Shown here: piece after piece, positions 1 through 12,281 of the stretch
Layout: each line of letters opens with the position of its first letter
How positions within the stretch are numbered: the first letter of the stretch is position 1
From: Macrostomum hystrix
Taxonomy: Eukaryota > Animalia > Platyhelminthes
Direction of reading: 5' to 3'
Assembly (NCBI GenBank): GCA_950097015.1
Contig: CATNEN010000007.1
Coordinates: forward strand, 1,426,001-1,490,000
Length of the DNA stretch: 64,000 bases
Notes under the pieces: model-generated
The model's input: the letters and a program-made list of their open reading frames with translations, nothing else
Database searches by the model: none
Told to the model about the DNA's origin: nothing
Translations under genes and position numbers: made by a program

Positions 1-1
1 G

Positions 2-655
2 CGGTTGTCCATTCGCCAGCTGATTCAAGCTGAGCTCTATGACGCCATCATGGGCTCAAACACCAGCAGCACCAGCTATGAGGTCCTGTCACTCGGCTGC
101 GGCCCAGGCAGCGACCTTCTTGCCGCCATGGACGTGTTCCAGCTGGTGGCCAAGTCAGAGGGTCTGGGACCACTTCAGATGGGCGTCACCGGTGTCGACA
201 TGTTTGATTGGCTGCTCTAGCCATTCCATGAGGCAGCCGCAGCGTTAGCTCTGCAGGGGCTAATCAGCAGCTTCCCGGAGCAGTTTCACCTGGGCCACAG
301 TCAGGGACAACTAAAACCCAAAGAAAAGTCTATAAGTCATGTCAGGTGCGCATCCGTTAACTTAATTTAATCTTGGTTTGTAGTTTGTATTTTATATACT
401 ATTGAAACGTTCGTTATAAATATGTTTGTTATAAATAAGTATATAAGGAATTGGCCAACGATGGAATGTCCCTGATTTTACTTCTCTGCTCTATTTATTT
501 ATTATTTATTAATTTTAGTTATTTTAAAAATACTTAAATATATTTTTCATAATTTTCAATTTTTTATTACTAACTAGCAGACTACGGAGACTACGTGGGA
601 CTACGGATGTTGCTACGACCTTATCCTGGTGAGCTATGCCGAGGTGCGGCTCTAA
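2..655 (+). pseudogene. Class I SAM-dependent methyltransferase fragment, 5' end outside window, with in-frame stops
   Basis: Frame from 2 reads ...YEVLSLGCGPGSDLL (motif I glycine loop) ...GVTGVDMFD; TAG at 218-220; after acceptor CAG (578-580) the sequence 581-655 reads TTETTWDYGCCYDLILVSYAEVRL* (motif IV-like YDLIL). Confidence 0.6.
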
Positions 656-872
656 GACAAGTTTCGTCACCGACTGGCTGCCGCAGCTGCTAAAAGTGCA
701 ATAATTTGTGTTGTCATTTTTGCTATTAACGCTGTTGTTGATTATCTGCTGCTGGTGCTAGACGCAGATCTTAGGAAAATTGTTTGAAACCCTTATCAAT
801 TTTATGAGTAAGCAGCATCACCTTATCAATTCTGTTAGTAAGCAGCCTCGCTTATCCTCTGTTTATTTGTTT

Positions 873-1030
873 ATTAGGCTCTAACCTGTTTATTAAGCTC
901 TAACCTGTTTATTAAGCTCTAACCTGTTTATTAAGCTCTAACCTGTTTATTAAGCTCTAACCTGTTTATTAAGCTCTAACCTGTTTATTAAGCTCTAACC
1001 TGTTTATTAAGCTCTAACCTGTTTATTAAG
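873..1030. repeat. 19-bp tandem repeat TAACCTGTTTATTAAGCTC, ~8 copies
   Basis: Directly visible periodicity. Confidence 0.95.
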
Positions 1031-1532
1031 TTCATTGAGTCGTTTATTCCTTCGTGTGAATCATCCCTTGTGTGGTTTGAGTCTGCGTTATTAGTAAACC
1101 AGCTATTACTTGCATGAGCGAAAACCCAGAGTCACTTGAGTTCAAATCTGAGGCGAGCAAAAGACATTACGCTCACCAATTTTAATCCTTTTGGCCTTTC
1201 TATTATCAGCGTTCTTTATTTTATTCGGCATTCTGCCTGAGCTCAGTGGGCAAGCTTCTACCCTCAACTTCATCTATCCCGTAACTTTCATCCGCTATGA
1301 GCTTCTAACGGAAACAAGTGTAAAACATACCGACCCCGGTGATAGCCAAATAGGGCCTTAGCTTTAAAATCTCTTAATTTTTGTTATGCGTTTTAGAAAA
1401 TTAGCACTTTTATTCATCAAAAGCTAAAAGTTAGTTTTTTGAAGTGCGAATATCGTTATTTTTTTAAGTTTCGGATGCTGAATTTTTGACGGCACATCAG
1501 GGGCTATCCAATAACGGCATGCGCGATTCCGG

Positions 1533-3828
1533 ATATATACTGCTTATAGTTGACTATCTGAACTGTTGAAGTGGGGGTACATTTACGGATTCATCAGTGG
1601 TTACACTGAGTTGAATATGTACTGCTTATAGTTGACTATCTGAACTGTTGAAGTGGGGGTACATTTACGGATTCATCAGTGGTTACACTGAGTTGAATAT
1701 GTACTGCTTATAGTTGACTATCTGAACTGTTGAAGTGGGGGTACATTTACAGATTCATCAGTGGTTACACTGAGTTGAATATATACTGCTTATAGTTGAC
1801 TATCTGAACTGTTGAAGTGGGGGTACATTTACAGATTCATCAGTGGTTACACTGAGTTGAATATGTACTGCTTATAGTCGACTATCTGAACTGTTGAAGT
1901 GGGGGAACATTTACGGATTCATCAGTGGTTACACTGAGTTGAATATATAGTGCTTATAGTTGACTATCTGAACTGTTGAAGTGGGGGTACATTTACGGAT
2001 TTATCAGTGGTTACACTGAGTTGAATATGTACTGCTTATAGTTGACTATCTGAACTGTTGAAGTGGGGGTACATTTACAGATTCATCAGTGGTTACACTG
2101 AGTTGAATATATACTGCTTATAGTTGACTATCTGAACTGTTGAAGTGGGGGTACATTTACGGATTCATCAGTGGTTACACTGAGTTGAATATATAGTGCT
2201 TATAGTTGACTATCTGAACTGTTGAAGTGGGGGTTTTACGGATTCATCAGTGGTTACACTGAGTTGAATATATAGTGCTTATAGTTGACTATCTGAACTG
2301 TTGAAGTGGGGGTACATTTACGGATTTATCAGTGGTTACACTGAGTTGAATATATACTGCTTATAGTTGACTATCTGAACTGTTGAAGTGGGGGTACATT
2401 TACGGATTCATCAGTGGTTACACTGAGTTGAATATGTACTGTTTATAGTTGACTATCTGAACTGTTGAAGTGAGGGTACATTTACGGATTCATCAGTGGT
2501 TACACTGAGTTGAATATATACTGCTTATAGTTGACTATCTTAACTGTTGAAGTGGGGGTACATTTACGGATTCATCAGTGGTTACACTGAGTTGAATATG
2601 TACTGTTTATAGTTGACTATCTGAACTGTTGAAGTGAGGGTACATTTACGGATTCATCAGTGGTTACACTGAGTTGAATATATACTGCTTATAGTTGACT
2701 ATCTTAACTGTTGAAGTGGGGGTACATTTACGGATTCATCAGTGGTTACACTGAGTTGAATATATACTGCTTATAGTTGACTATCTGAACTGTTGAAGTG
2801 GGGGTACATTTACGGATTCATCAGTGGTTACACTGAGTTGAATATGTACTGCTTATAGTTGACTATCTGAACTGTTGAAGTGGGGGTACATTTACGGATT
2901 CATCAGTGGTTACACTGAGTTGAATATATACTGCTTATAGTTGACTATCTGAACTGTTGAAGTGGGGGTACATTTACGGATTCATCAGTGGTTACACTGA
3001 GTTGAATATGTACTGCTTATAGTTGACTATCTGAACTGTTGAAGTGGGGGTACATTTACGGATTCATCAGTGGTTACACTGAGTTGAATATGTACTGCTT
3101 ATAGTTGACTATCTGAACTGTTGAAGTGGGGGTACATTTACAGATTCATCAGTGGTTACACTGAGTTGAATATATACTGCTTATAGTTGACTATCTGAAC
3201 TGTTGAAGTGGGGGTACATTTACAGATTCATCAGTGGTTACACTGAGTTGAATATGTACTGCTTATAGTCGACTATCTGAACTGTTGAAGTGGGGGTACA
3301 TTTACAGATTCATCAGTGGTTACACTGAGTTGAATATATAGTGCTTATAGTTGACTATCTGAACTGTTGAAGTGGGGGTACATTTACGGATTCATCAGTG
3401 GTTACACTGAGTTGAATATGTACTGCTTATAGTTGACTATCTGAACTGTTGAAGTGGGGGTACATTTACGGATTCATCAGTGGTTACACTGAGTTGAATA
3501 TATACTGCTTATAGTTGACTATCTGAACTGTTGAAGTGGGGGTACATTTACAGATTTATCAGTGGTTACACTGAGTTGAATATATAGTGCTTATAGTTGA
3601 CTATCTGAACTGTTGAAGTGGGGGTACATTTACGGATTCATCAGTGGTTACACTGAGTTGAATATATACTGCTTATAGTTGACTATCTGAACTGTTGAAG
3701 TGGGGGTACATTTACGGATTTATCAGTGGTTACACTGAGTTGAATATATAGTGCTTATAGTTGACTATCTGAACTGTTGAAGTGGGGGTACATTTACGGA
3801 TTCATCAGTGGTTACACTGAGTTGAAAT
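1533..3828. repeat. 82-bp tandem repeat, ~28 copies
   Basis: TTGAATATGT recurs at 1611 and 1693; units differ by only a few substitutions. Confidence 0.97.
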
Positions 3829-4374
3829 CATACTGCTCAAATTCGACTATCATGACAATTAATTTACACTTGCACTTCAGGAAACAGAGTTCTGACAATG
3901 GGGCTTTTGGCGTTAAATTCGTATCAGATTGAGATGAGAAATCTAATTCTATACTGACATCCAATTAATCTAATTTTTGCTGAGATTGAGGTACATGTAG
4001 AGCTACTTGTTACCATTGCACTCGATACGTACAGTACATTACCAGCAATCGACCTCAATGCCGTTACTGTTAAAATCTTAAACACGAAACTCTTTCTTGT
4101 TTTTGCAAAAGTACAGTCGGCTGAACTTGGGTACTTGAGGCATCGGTTTGCTTGCTGTACATATCGAAAATTGATTAATTTAGTCAATTAAGTAACAAAT
4201 TGTACACAATATTATTTTAATGCTGGAATGGCGATATGTTAAGCATATAATTTTCAAAGAATAACACGTCGTTATATACTATCAACCACTTTCATAGTAG
4301 GCTTCTGACAGTAGGTGTAACAAAATATGCGCCATTTAAGACAGGCTTTATACGGGATGGTATCGGGCGCATTT

Positions 4375-6637
4375 CGTAAGCTACTTATTTATTAGCAAGC
4401 AGCAAGACGAAGTACAATTTGTATATTTACTAGCTACTCGTAAATAAGAAAAATGTGCATATTGCAATAACTGCTCAACAGGGGGTAAGTACAGAGTACA
4501 CGGACTTGAGAATGCGCAAAATAATATCAAATTAAGGTGAGAAGCATGTATCTTTGCAGTTAGCAACCAGTACTCAGTATTCCAGCGCTGCATTGGTGGG
4601 ATGGCAGGCCCGCTAGTCGGCTAGATGGGTAGCTGCAGACAGTGCATAATATGCAATTATCTTCCGTCGTACATTGAGAAACCGCGCATCGCGAAGGTGG
4701 CCGACACTGACGGCCGGCTACGGTTTCTGCTCGTGACAGACAGGCTTCGCCACTGTTTTTGCAAGGCTGCCTCCGAATAAGCTAAACTGTCGAGTCCAGT
4801 TCGCATTTCCTGGCAGGGTGGGAATTGAACTTCAATATAAAATTCGATAAATAAGTCACAAATTTAAGTAATTAAAAGCATCTTTTACCTGTATTTAAGC
4901 CTAAAAGTGCCACTACATCTTTTGGTGCCGAGTGCGATTGTTCTCCAGTCCAGCAGTTGTGCACCACGGAACATAGGGAAAAAATGAATGAAAGCAGGAA
5001 ATTATATTGAGAACACGCAGATTGAGAGCTGAATCGCAAATGATACTAAATCTTAAACTAAAAGTAGCGTTCATTGCTTTGATTTCTTGATTGACGTACC
5101 GGAAACAAGACAAATTAGGTCAACTTTGTGAGAGGGAGTCTACTATAACAGCAAATTTCTGGGTATAAAGAATGTGAATAGATAGAATAAAATATATGAA
5201 GTGATTGGTTCGTGGATATTCAGTACAGAAGGTTGTAAAACACCTAGACTAACTAGTAGTGACGTCTTGGCCAGTGCAAAAGATTGAAACGCGCACTGTT
5301 CACTTTCACGCCACGATGAGGCGCGTCACGTTCGTGAAAGAAAAATTTATCTGACAAATGCAGAGGGAAAATGTCAAAGCAATGAATGCCCATTGACAAT
5401 CCCAGCATTAGTTTTATGCAGAGGGAAAATGTCAAAGCAATGAATGCACATTGACAATCCCAGCATTAGTTTTATGCAGAGGGAAAAATGTCAAAGCAAT
5501 GAATGCACATTGACAATCCCAGCATTAGTTTTATGCAGAGGGAAAAATGTCAAAGCAATGAATGCACATTGACAATCCCAGCATTAGTTTTATGCAGAGG
5601 GAAAATGTCAAAGCAATGAATGCACATTGACAATCCCAGCATTAGTTTTATGCAGAGGGAAAAATGTCAAAGCAATGAATGCACATTGACAATCCCAGCA
5701 TTAGTTTTATGCAGAGGGAAAATGTCAAAGCAATGAATGCCCATTGACAATCCCAGCATTAGTTTTATGCAGAGGGAAAATGTCAAAGCAATGAATGCCC
5801 ATTGACAATCCCAGCATTAGTTTTATGCAGAGGGAAAATGTCAAAGCAATGAATGCACATTGACAATCCCAGCATTAGTTTTATGCAGAGGGAAAATGTC
5901 AAAGCAATGAATGCACATTGACAATCCCAGCATTAGTTTTATGCAGAGGGAAAATGTCAAAGCAATGAATGCACATTGACAATCCCAGCATTAGTTTTAT
6001 GCAGAGGGAAAATGTCAAAGCAATGAATGCACATTGACAATCCCAGCATTAGTTTTATGCAGAGGGAAAATGTCAAAGCAATGAATGCACATTGACAATC
6101 CCAGCATTAGTTTTATGCAGAGGGAAAATGTCAAAGCAATGAATGCACATTGACAATCCCAGCATTAGTTTTATGCAGAGGGAAAATGTCAAAGCAATGA
6201 ATGCACATTGACAATCCCAGCATTAGTTTTATGCAGAGGGAAAATGTCAAAGCAATGAATGCACATTGACAATCCCAGCATTAGTTTTATGCAGAGGGAA
6301 AAATGTCAAAGCAATGAATGCACATTGACAATCCCAGCATTAGTTTTATGCAGAGGGAAAAATGTCAAAGCAATGAATGCACATTGACAATCCCAGCATT
6401 AGTTTTATGCAGAGGGAAAATGTCAAAGCAATGAATGCACATTGACAATCCCAGCATTAGTTTTATGCAGAGGGAAAATGTCAAAGCAATGAATGCACAT
6501 TGACAATCCCAGCATTAGTTTTATGCAGAGGGAAAATGTCAAAGCAATGAATGCACATTGACAATCCCAGCATTAGTTTTATGCAGAGGGAAAATGTCAA
6601 AGCAATGAATGCACATTGACAATCCCAGCATTAGTTT
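4375..6637. repeat. Long direct repeat copy 1: ~1 kb unique block A plus 58/59-bp array
   Basis: 4375-~5390 matches 9505-~10520 at offset 5130; the only substitution I found is T4463 vs C9593. Confidence 0.95.
5357..6637. repeat. 58/59-bp tandem repeat, ~22 copies
   Basis: Unit AAATGTCAAAGCAATGAATGCACATTGACAATCCCAGCATTAGTTTTATGCAGAGGGA; CCCAGCATTA at 5401 and 5459. Confidence 0.97.
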
Positions 6638-6682
6638 GAACTTTTTTTTAACTTTGACTGCTGTCTGCTGGTTTGGCATGAG

Positions 6683-7777
6683 TTATTCTTTTAGCCAGCC
6701 AAAAGTTTTTATGATTTCGACGCGTCTTTCTCCATAATCGTAAAGAATTTCCTGTCCTACGTTAATTGCATTTGTTACGCGAAAAAATACACAGGGTACA
6801 CCGTTCTTTTCTGAAACAAACGGTTTTGAATTGGCTTTTTTCCTAGAGTGATTAATATAACGGCCAATGCCGGAGCTACGCGTTGCGTCAATACAGAAAT
6901 GATTTTCTTTGTGTTTGAAATAAAGTATAAAGTTTCCTACACTTTGATCGTATTGACGCTCGCGCCATCTTCCTTCTGCAGCAGTTAAGAGTTCACCATC
7001 GTAATCGCAAATTATATCACCTACAGATAAGGCGGATCGTGCGAAAACGCCGCTTCCATTTGGATCAATACTGTTATACTGGATTTCGAGTGCTTCAGAA
7101 ACGATTAAATTGGGCACCATATCGCGCTTTCGCTTTAATCGGCACGGTATCGGGCGGATTCCAGTACCAATAGTTTCAGAAGAGTTTGTGTGACTTTTTT
7201 GCTTATTGAGAGGTTTTTCTGATGCAACGTGTGGTACGTAATAGATTCCTTTCGCTTCTTTATCTATTTTGAGTTTCCATCGCCTGCTGTCAACACTGAC
7301 GTCGGCAATCATAGGAGTTTGATCAAACTTACCGGCAGCAGCCTCAGCAGCACTGAGCTGGGTCATCAGGTTGCCACTGCCACTGCCTGCACCCGTGCCG
7401 ATGGCAGCCTCAGCATCACTGAGCTGGGACTTCTGGTTGTCGCTGATTTCCAAAATTTTTTTTAGTGTTTCAAGGCGCGTTGTAGCTCGTTCACGCGCAC
7501 ACTTGTTGTGACAACGCCCAGTAAACACCGCGCGACCGTTCCGAAATTCTTCATGATGTTTTGCTGCATAGTGAGCTCGGAGGTTCACAAATAACTTATT
7601 ACAAAAATTGCACAGAAGAAGTTCTTTCTTGTTTGATTTGGCACTTAGTGTTATCATAGTTTCAACACGATTTGGAAGAATATGCGGATGCGACTTGCTA
7701 CAGTGATCTCGAATCTTATCGGATCTGCAGATATAGTCACAAAAATGGCACTGAATTTTTCGGTTTCGATTGACCAT
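6683..7777 (-). CDS. C2H2 zinc finger x2 plus SET-domain lysine methyltransferase, SETD8/PR-Set7 (H4K20me1)-like, 364 aa, intronless CDS
   Basis: Within ORF 6683-7873; likely ATG 7777 just after a polypyrimidine-CAG acceptor (7790-7791). CHFC..DHCSKSH and CNFC..AHYAAKH fingers; GDIICDYDGELL, FCIDAT, GRYINHS and EILYDYGERRVEIIKTFGWLKE match the SETD8 C-terminus (LLYDYGDRSK...PWL). Confidence 0.9.
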   Translation of the reverse strand: MVNRNRKIQCHFCDYICRSDKIRDHCSKSHPHILPNRVETMITLSAKSNKKELLLCNFCNKLFVNLRAHYAAKHHEEFRNGRAVFTGRCHNKCARERATTRLETLKKILEISDNQKSQLSDAEAAIGTGAGSGSGNLMTQLSAAEAAAGKFDQTPMIADVSVDSRRWKLKIDKEAKGIYYVPHVASEKPLNKQKSHTNSSETIGTGIRPIPCRLKRKRDMVPNLIVSEALEIQYNSIDPNGSGVFARSALSVGDIICDYDGELLTAAEGRWRERQYDQSVGNFILYFKHKENHFCIDATRSSGIGRYINHSRKKANSKPFVSEKNGVPCVFFRVTNAINVGQEILYDYGERRVEIIKTFGWLKE

Positions 7778-8104
7778 AGCGAAATTTAGCTGAAAGGAAA
7801 AAACGAACGATAAGAAAGCTACTACGGTTTCAGAGTGAAAATGCTTCATCATAAAATTGTACATGTAGCACAACGAATGTCCTGCTACTCCGTAGAAGCT
7901 AAATTTTCAGCTGTTTTGGTTACATAAATCTGTTTGAGAAACGTATCTAAAAGAATAAGAAACGATACAAAATGTAACAAATATGGATGTTCAAATATAT
8001 TTGTTGACAAACATTTTATATGTAACTGACTTATTTAGCATTGCAGCTATATTAAATATTGAAAATAAAAGAATGACTACTTCAAAGCAAGAAGCAAAGC
8101 AGGA

Positions 8105-9504
8105 AGATTAAAGATACATGATACAATATACAATATAGAAGATACATGATGCAAGATTAAAGAAACTGATACCTAGATACAAGATACAAGATAGATGTAT
8201 CTTGATACCTGATACAAGATAGAAGATGAAAGATACAAGATACAATATAGAAGATACATGATACAAGATTAAAGAAACTGATACAAGATAGAATTGATAA
8301 AAGATACAAGATAGAAGATGAAAGATACAAGATACAATATAGAAGATACATGATACAAGATTAAAAAAACGGATACAAGATAGAAGATAAAAGATACAAG
8401 ATAGAAGATGAAAAATACAAGATACAATATAGAAGATACATGATGCAAGATAAAGAAACTGATACCTAGATACAAGATACAATATAGAAGATACATGATG
8501 CAAGATTAAAGAAACTGATACCTAGATACAAGATACAAGATAGATGTATCTTGATACCTGATACAAGATAGAAGATGAAAGATACAAGATACAATATAGA
8601 AGATACATAATACAAGATTAAAAAAAGTGATACAAGATAGAAGATAAAAGATACAAGATAGAAGATAAAAGATACAAGATACAATATAGAAGATACATGA
8701 TACAAGATTAAAGAAACTGATACAAGATAGAAGATGAAAGATACAAGATACAATATAGAAGATACATGATACAAGATTAAAGAAACTGATACAATATAGA
8801 AGATAAAAGATACAAGATAGAAGATAAAAGATACAAGATACAATATAGAAGATACATGATACAAGATTAAAGAAACTGATACAAGATAGAAGATAAAAGA
8901 TACAAGATAGAAGATAAAAGATACAAGATAGAAGATAAAAGATACAAGATACAATATAGAAGATACATGATACAAGATTAAAGAAACTGATACAATATAG
9001 AAGATACATGATACAAGATTAAAGAAACTGATACAATATAGAAGATAAAAGATACAAGATAGAAGATGAAAGATACAAGATACAATATAGAAGATACATG
9101 ATACAAGATTAAAGAAACTGATACAATATAGAAGATAAAAGATACAAGATAGAAGATGAAAGATACAAGATACAATATAGAAGATACATAATACAAGATT
9201 AAAAAAACTGATACAAGATAGAAGATAAAAGATACAAGATAGAAGATGAAAGATACAAGATACAATATAGAAGATACATGATACAAGATTAAAGAAACTG
9301 ATACAATATAGAAGATAAAAGATACAAGATAGAAGATGAAAGATACAAGATACAATATAGAAGATACATGATACAAGATTAAAGAAACTGATACACTATA
9401 GAAGATAAAAGATACAAGATAGAAGATGAAAGATACAAGATACAATATAGAAGATACATGATACAAGATTAAAGAAACTGATACAATATAGAAGATAAAA
9501 GATA
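8105..9504. repeat. GATAC/GATA-rich purine-biased satellite with 90-bp higher-order repeat
   Basis: AAGATACAT(G/A) at 9001, 9091, 9181, 9271, 9361, 9451; built from GATACAA/GATAGAA monomers. Confidence 0.95.
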
Positions 9505-11590
9505 CGTAAGCTACTTATTTATTAGCAAGCAGCAAGACGAAGTACAATTTGTATATTTACTAGCTACTCGTAAATAAGAAAAATGTGCATATCGCAATAA
9601 CTGCTCAACAGGGGGTAAGTACAGAGTACACGGACTTGAGAATGCGCAAAATAATATCAAATTAAGGTGAGAAGCATGTATCTTTGCAGTTAGCAACCAG
9701 TACTCAGTATTCCAGCGCTGCATTGGTGGGATGGCAGGCCCGCTAGTCGGCTAGATGGGTAGCTGCAGACAGTGCATAATATGCAATTATCTTCCGTCGT
9801 ACATTGAGAAACCGCGCATCGCGAAGGTGGCCGACACTGACGGCCGGCTACGGTTTCTGCTCGTGACAGACAGGCTTCGCCACTGTTTTTGCAAGGCTGC
9901 CTCCGAATAAGCTAAACTGTCGAGTCCAGTTCGCATTTCCTGGCAGGGTGGGAATTGAACTTCAATATAAAATTCGATAAATAAGTCACAAATTTAAGTA
10001 ATTAAAAGCATCTTTTACCTGTATTTAAGCCTAAAAGTGCCACTACATCTTTTGGTGCCGAGTGCGATTGTTCTCCAGTCCAGCAGTTGTGCACCACGGA
10101 ACATAGGGAAAAAATGAATGAAAGCAGGAAATTATATTGAGAACACGCAGATTGAGAGCTGAATCGCAAATGATACTAAATCTTAAACTAAAAGTAGCGT
10201 TCATTGCTTTGATTTCTTGATTGACGTACCGGAAACAAGACAAATTAGGTCAACTTTGTGAGAGGGAGTCTACTATAACAGCAAATTTCTGGGTATAAAG
10301 AATGTGAATAGATAGAATAAAATATATGAAGTGATTGGTTCGTGGATATTCAGTACAGAAGGTTGTAAAACACCTAGACTAACTAGTAGTGACGTCTTGG
10401 CCAGTGCAAAAGATTGAAACGCGCACTGTTCACTTTCACGCCACGATGAGGCGCGTCACGTTCGTGAAAGAAAAATTTATCTGACAAATGCAGAGGGAAA
10501 ATGTCAAAGCAATGAATGCCCATTGACAATCCCAGCATTAGTTTTATGCAGAGGGAAAATGTCAAAGCAATGAATGCACATTGACAATCCCAGCATTAGT
10601 TTTATGCAGAGGGAAAAATGTCAAAGCAATGAATGCACATTGACAATCCCAGCATTAGTTTTATGCAGAGGGAAAATGTCAAAGCAATGAATGCACATTG
10701 ACAATCCCAGCATTAGTTTTATGCAGAGGGAAAATGTCAAAGCAATGAATGCACATTGACAATCCCAGCATTAGTTTTATGCAGAGGGAAAATGTCAAAG
10801 CAATGAATGCCCATTGACAATCCCAGCATTAGTTTTATGCAGAGGGAAAATGTCAAAGCAATGAATGCACATTGACAATCCCAGCATTAGTTTTATGCAG
10901 AGGGAAAATGTCAAAGCAATGAATGCCCATTGACAATCCCAGCATTAGTTTTATGCAGAGGGAAAAATGTCAAAGCAATGAATGCACATTGACAATCCCA
11001 GCATTAGTTTTATGCAGAGGGAAAATGTCAAAGCAATGAATGCCCATTGACAATCCCAGCATTAGTTTTATGCAGAGGGAAAATGTCAAAGCAATGAATG
11101 CCCATTGACAATCCCAGCATTAGTTTTATGCAGAGGGAAAAATGTCAAAGCAATGAATGCACATTGACAATCCCAGCATTAGTTTTATGCAGAGGGAAAA
11201 TGTCAAAGCAATGAATGCACATTGACAATCCCAGCATTAGTTTTATGCAGAGGGAAAAATGTCAAAGCAATGAATGCACATTGACAATCCCAGCATTAGT
11301 TTTATGCAGAGGGAAAATGTCAAAGCAATGAATGCACATTGACAATCCCAGCATTAGTTTTATGCAGAGGGAAAATGTCAAAGCAATGAATGCACATTGA
11401 CAATCCCAGCATTAGTTTTTTGCAGAGGGAAAAATGTCAAAGCAATGAATGCACATTGACAATCCCAGCATTAGTTTTTTGCAGAGGGAAAAATGTCAAA
11501 GCAATGAATGCACATTGACAATCCCAGCATTAGTTTTTTGCAGAGGGAAAAATGTCAAAGCAATGAATGCACATTGACAGTCCCAGCATT
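9505..11590. repeat. Long direct repeat copy 2: block A plus 58/59-bp array
   Basis: Same CGTAAGCTACTTATTTATTAG start as 4375; same short ORFs recur in the track at offset 5130. Confidence 0.95.
10487..11590. repeat. 58/59-bp tandem repeat, ~19 copies
   Basis: Same unit as 5357-6637. Confidence 0.97.
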
Positions 11591-11690
11591 TTTTTGTGTC
11601 AGATAGCAGATACTTAATAGTAAAGTGTTGCATTTTGACTTAAATATTATGAGACTTTTTGGTTTGATGCACTTAGCTGCTAATATATAT

Positions 11691-12002
11691 TTAACACGCG
11701 GTCTCGTCATCATCAGAATCATCTGATGCTGAATTGAATGAGTTATCTAGATCGTCCAGTCGTTCGTTAGAATCATTTTTGTCTAAACTGTCAACCGTGG
11801 GAGTTAAACTTTGGATTGAGTCTTGGTTGACTGAGAGCATTGCTATAGGGACACTTTCAATTTGCCGGTAAATAATCTGAAACAGTCGGTGAAAGTGTGC
11901 CGGTAGACCTGGTTGACCTTCTAAAGTTATACAATGCTCTTGAATACGCTTCTGAATATCACGCCATTCATCAAAAAGAATATCACGCCAGCCATCTTGA
12001 AG
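11691..12002 (-). CDS. Orphan terminal-exon-like open frame (103 aa) with acidic tail, product unknown
   Basis: Stop-free frame LQDGWRDILFDEWRDIQKRIQEHC...DDLDNSFNSASDDSDDDETAC*, preceded by CAGCAGTAG acceptor-like sequence. Confidence 0.45.
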   Translation of the reverse strand, partial: LQDGWRDILFDEWRDIQKRIQEHCITLEGQPGLPAHFHRLFQIIYRQIESVPIAMLSVNQDSIQSLTPTVDSLDKNDSNERLDDLDNSFNSASDDSDDDETAC

Positions 12003-12081
12003 CTACTGCTGATGTAGCCGATGACCCAAATATGAATTATGTTACTGAGACCTTAAATAATTATAAAGTGTTATATTATAA

Positions 12082-12281
12082 AGCTGGTGGCCAAGTCAGA
12101 GGGTCTGGGACCACTTCAGATGGGCGTCACCGGTGTCGACATGTTTGATTTGCTGCTCCAACCATTCCATGAGGCAGCCGCAGCGTTAGCTCTGCAGGGG
12201 CTAATCAGCAGCTTCCCGGAGCAGTTTCACCTGGGCCACAGCCAGGGACAACTAAAACCCAAAGAAAAGTCTATAAGTCAT
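12082..12281 (+). pseudogene. Second, 5'-truncated copy of the methyltransferase exon
   Basis: 200-bp match to 141-340 with about 4 substitutions; has CAA where copy 1 has TAG. Confidence 0.85.

Noticed and set aside
1533-3828. Hammerhead ribozyme or micro-exon array in the 82-bp unit (CTGATGA on minus; AG..GT on plus)
   Set aside because: No stem II or GAAA follows CTGATGA; the putative 27-nt micro-exon has stops in all frames
3924-4187. 87-aa minus-strand ORF
   Set aside because: No recognisable motif; the opposite strand is similarly open; no splice support
5357-6637. TTGACA as a bacterial -35 element / bacterial contamination
   Set aside because: No -10 at the proper spacing; the surrounding DNA is spliced eukaryotic sequence
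8108-9466. Hydrophobic ORFs (SILYLVSFIFY...)
   Set aside because: Translation of the GATAC satellite in overlapping frames
4375-11590. Canonical LTR retrotransposon
   Set aside because: No TG..CA ends, PBS, PPT, gag or pol; kept only as an LTR-like direct-repeat unit
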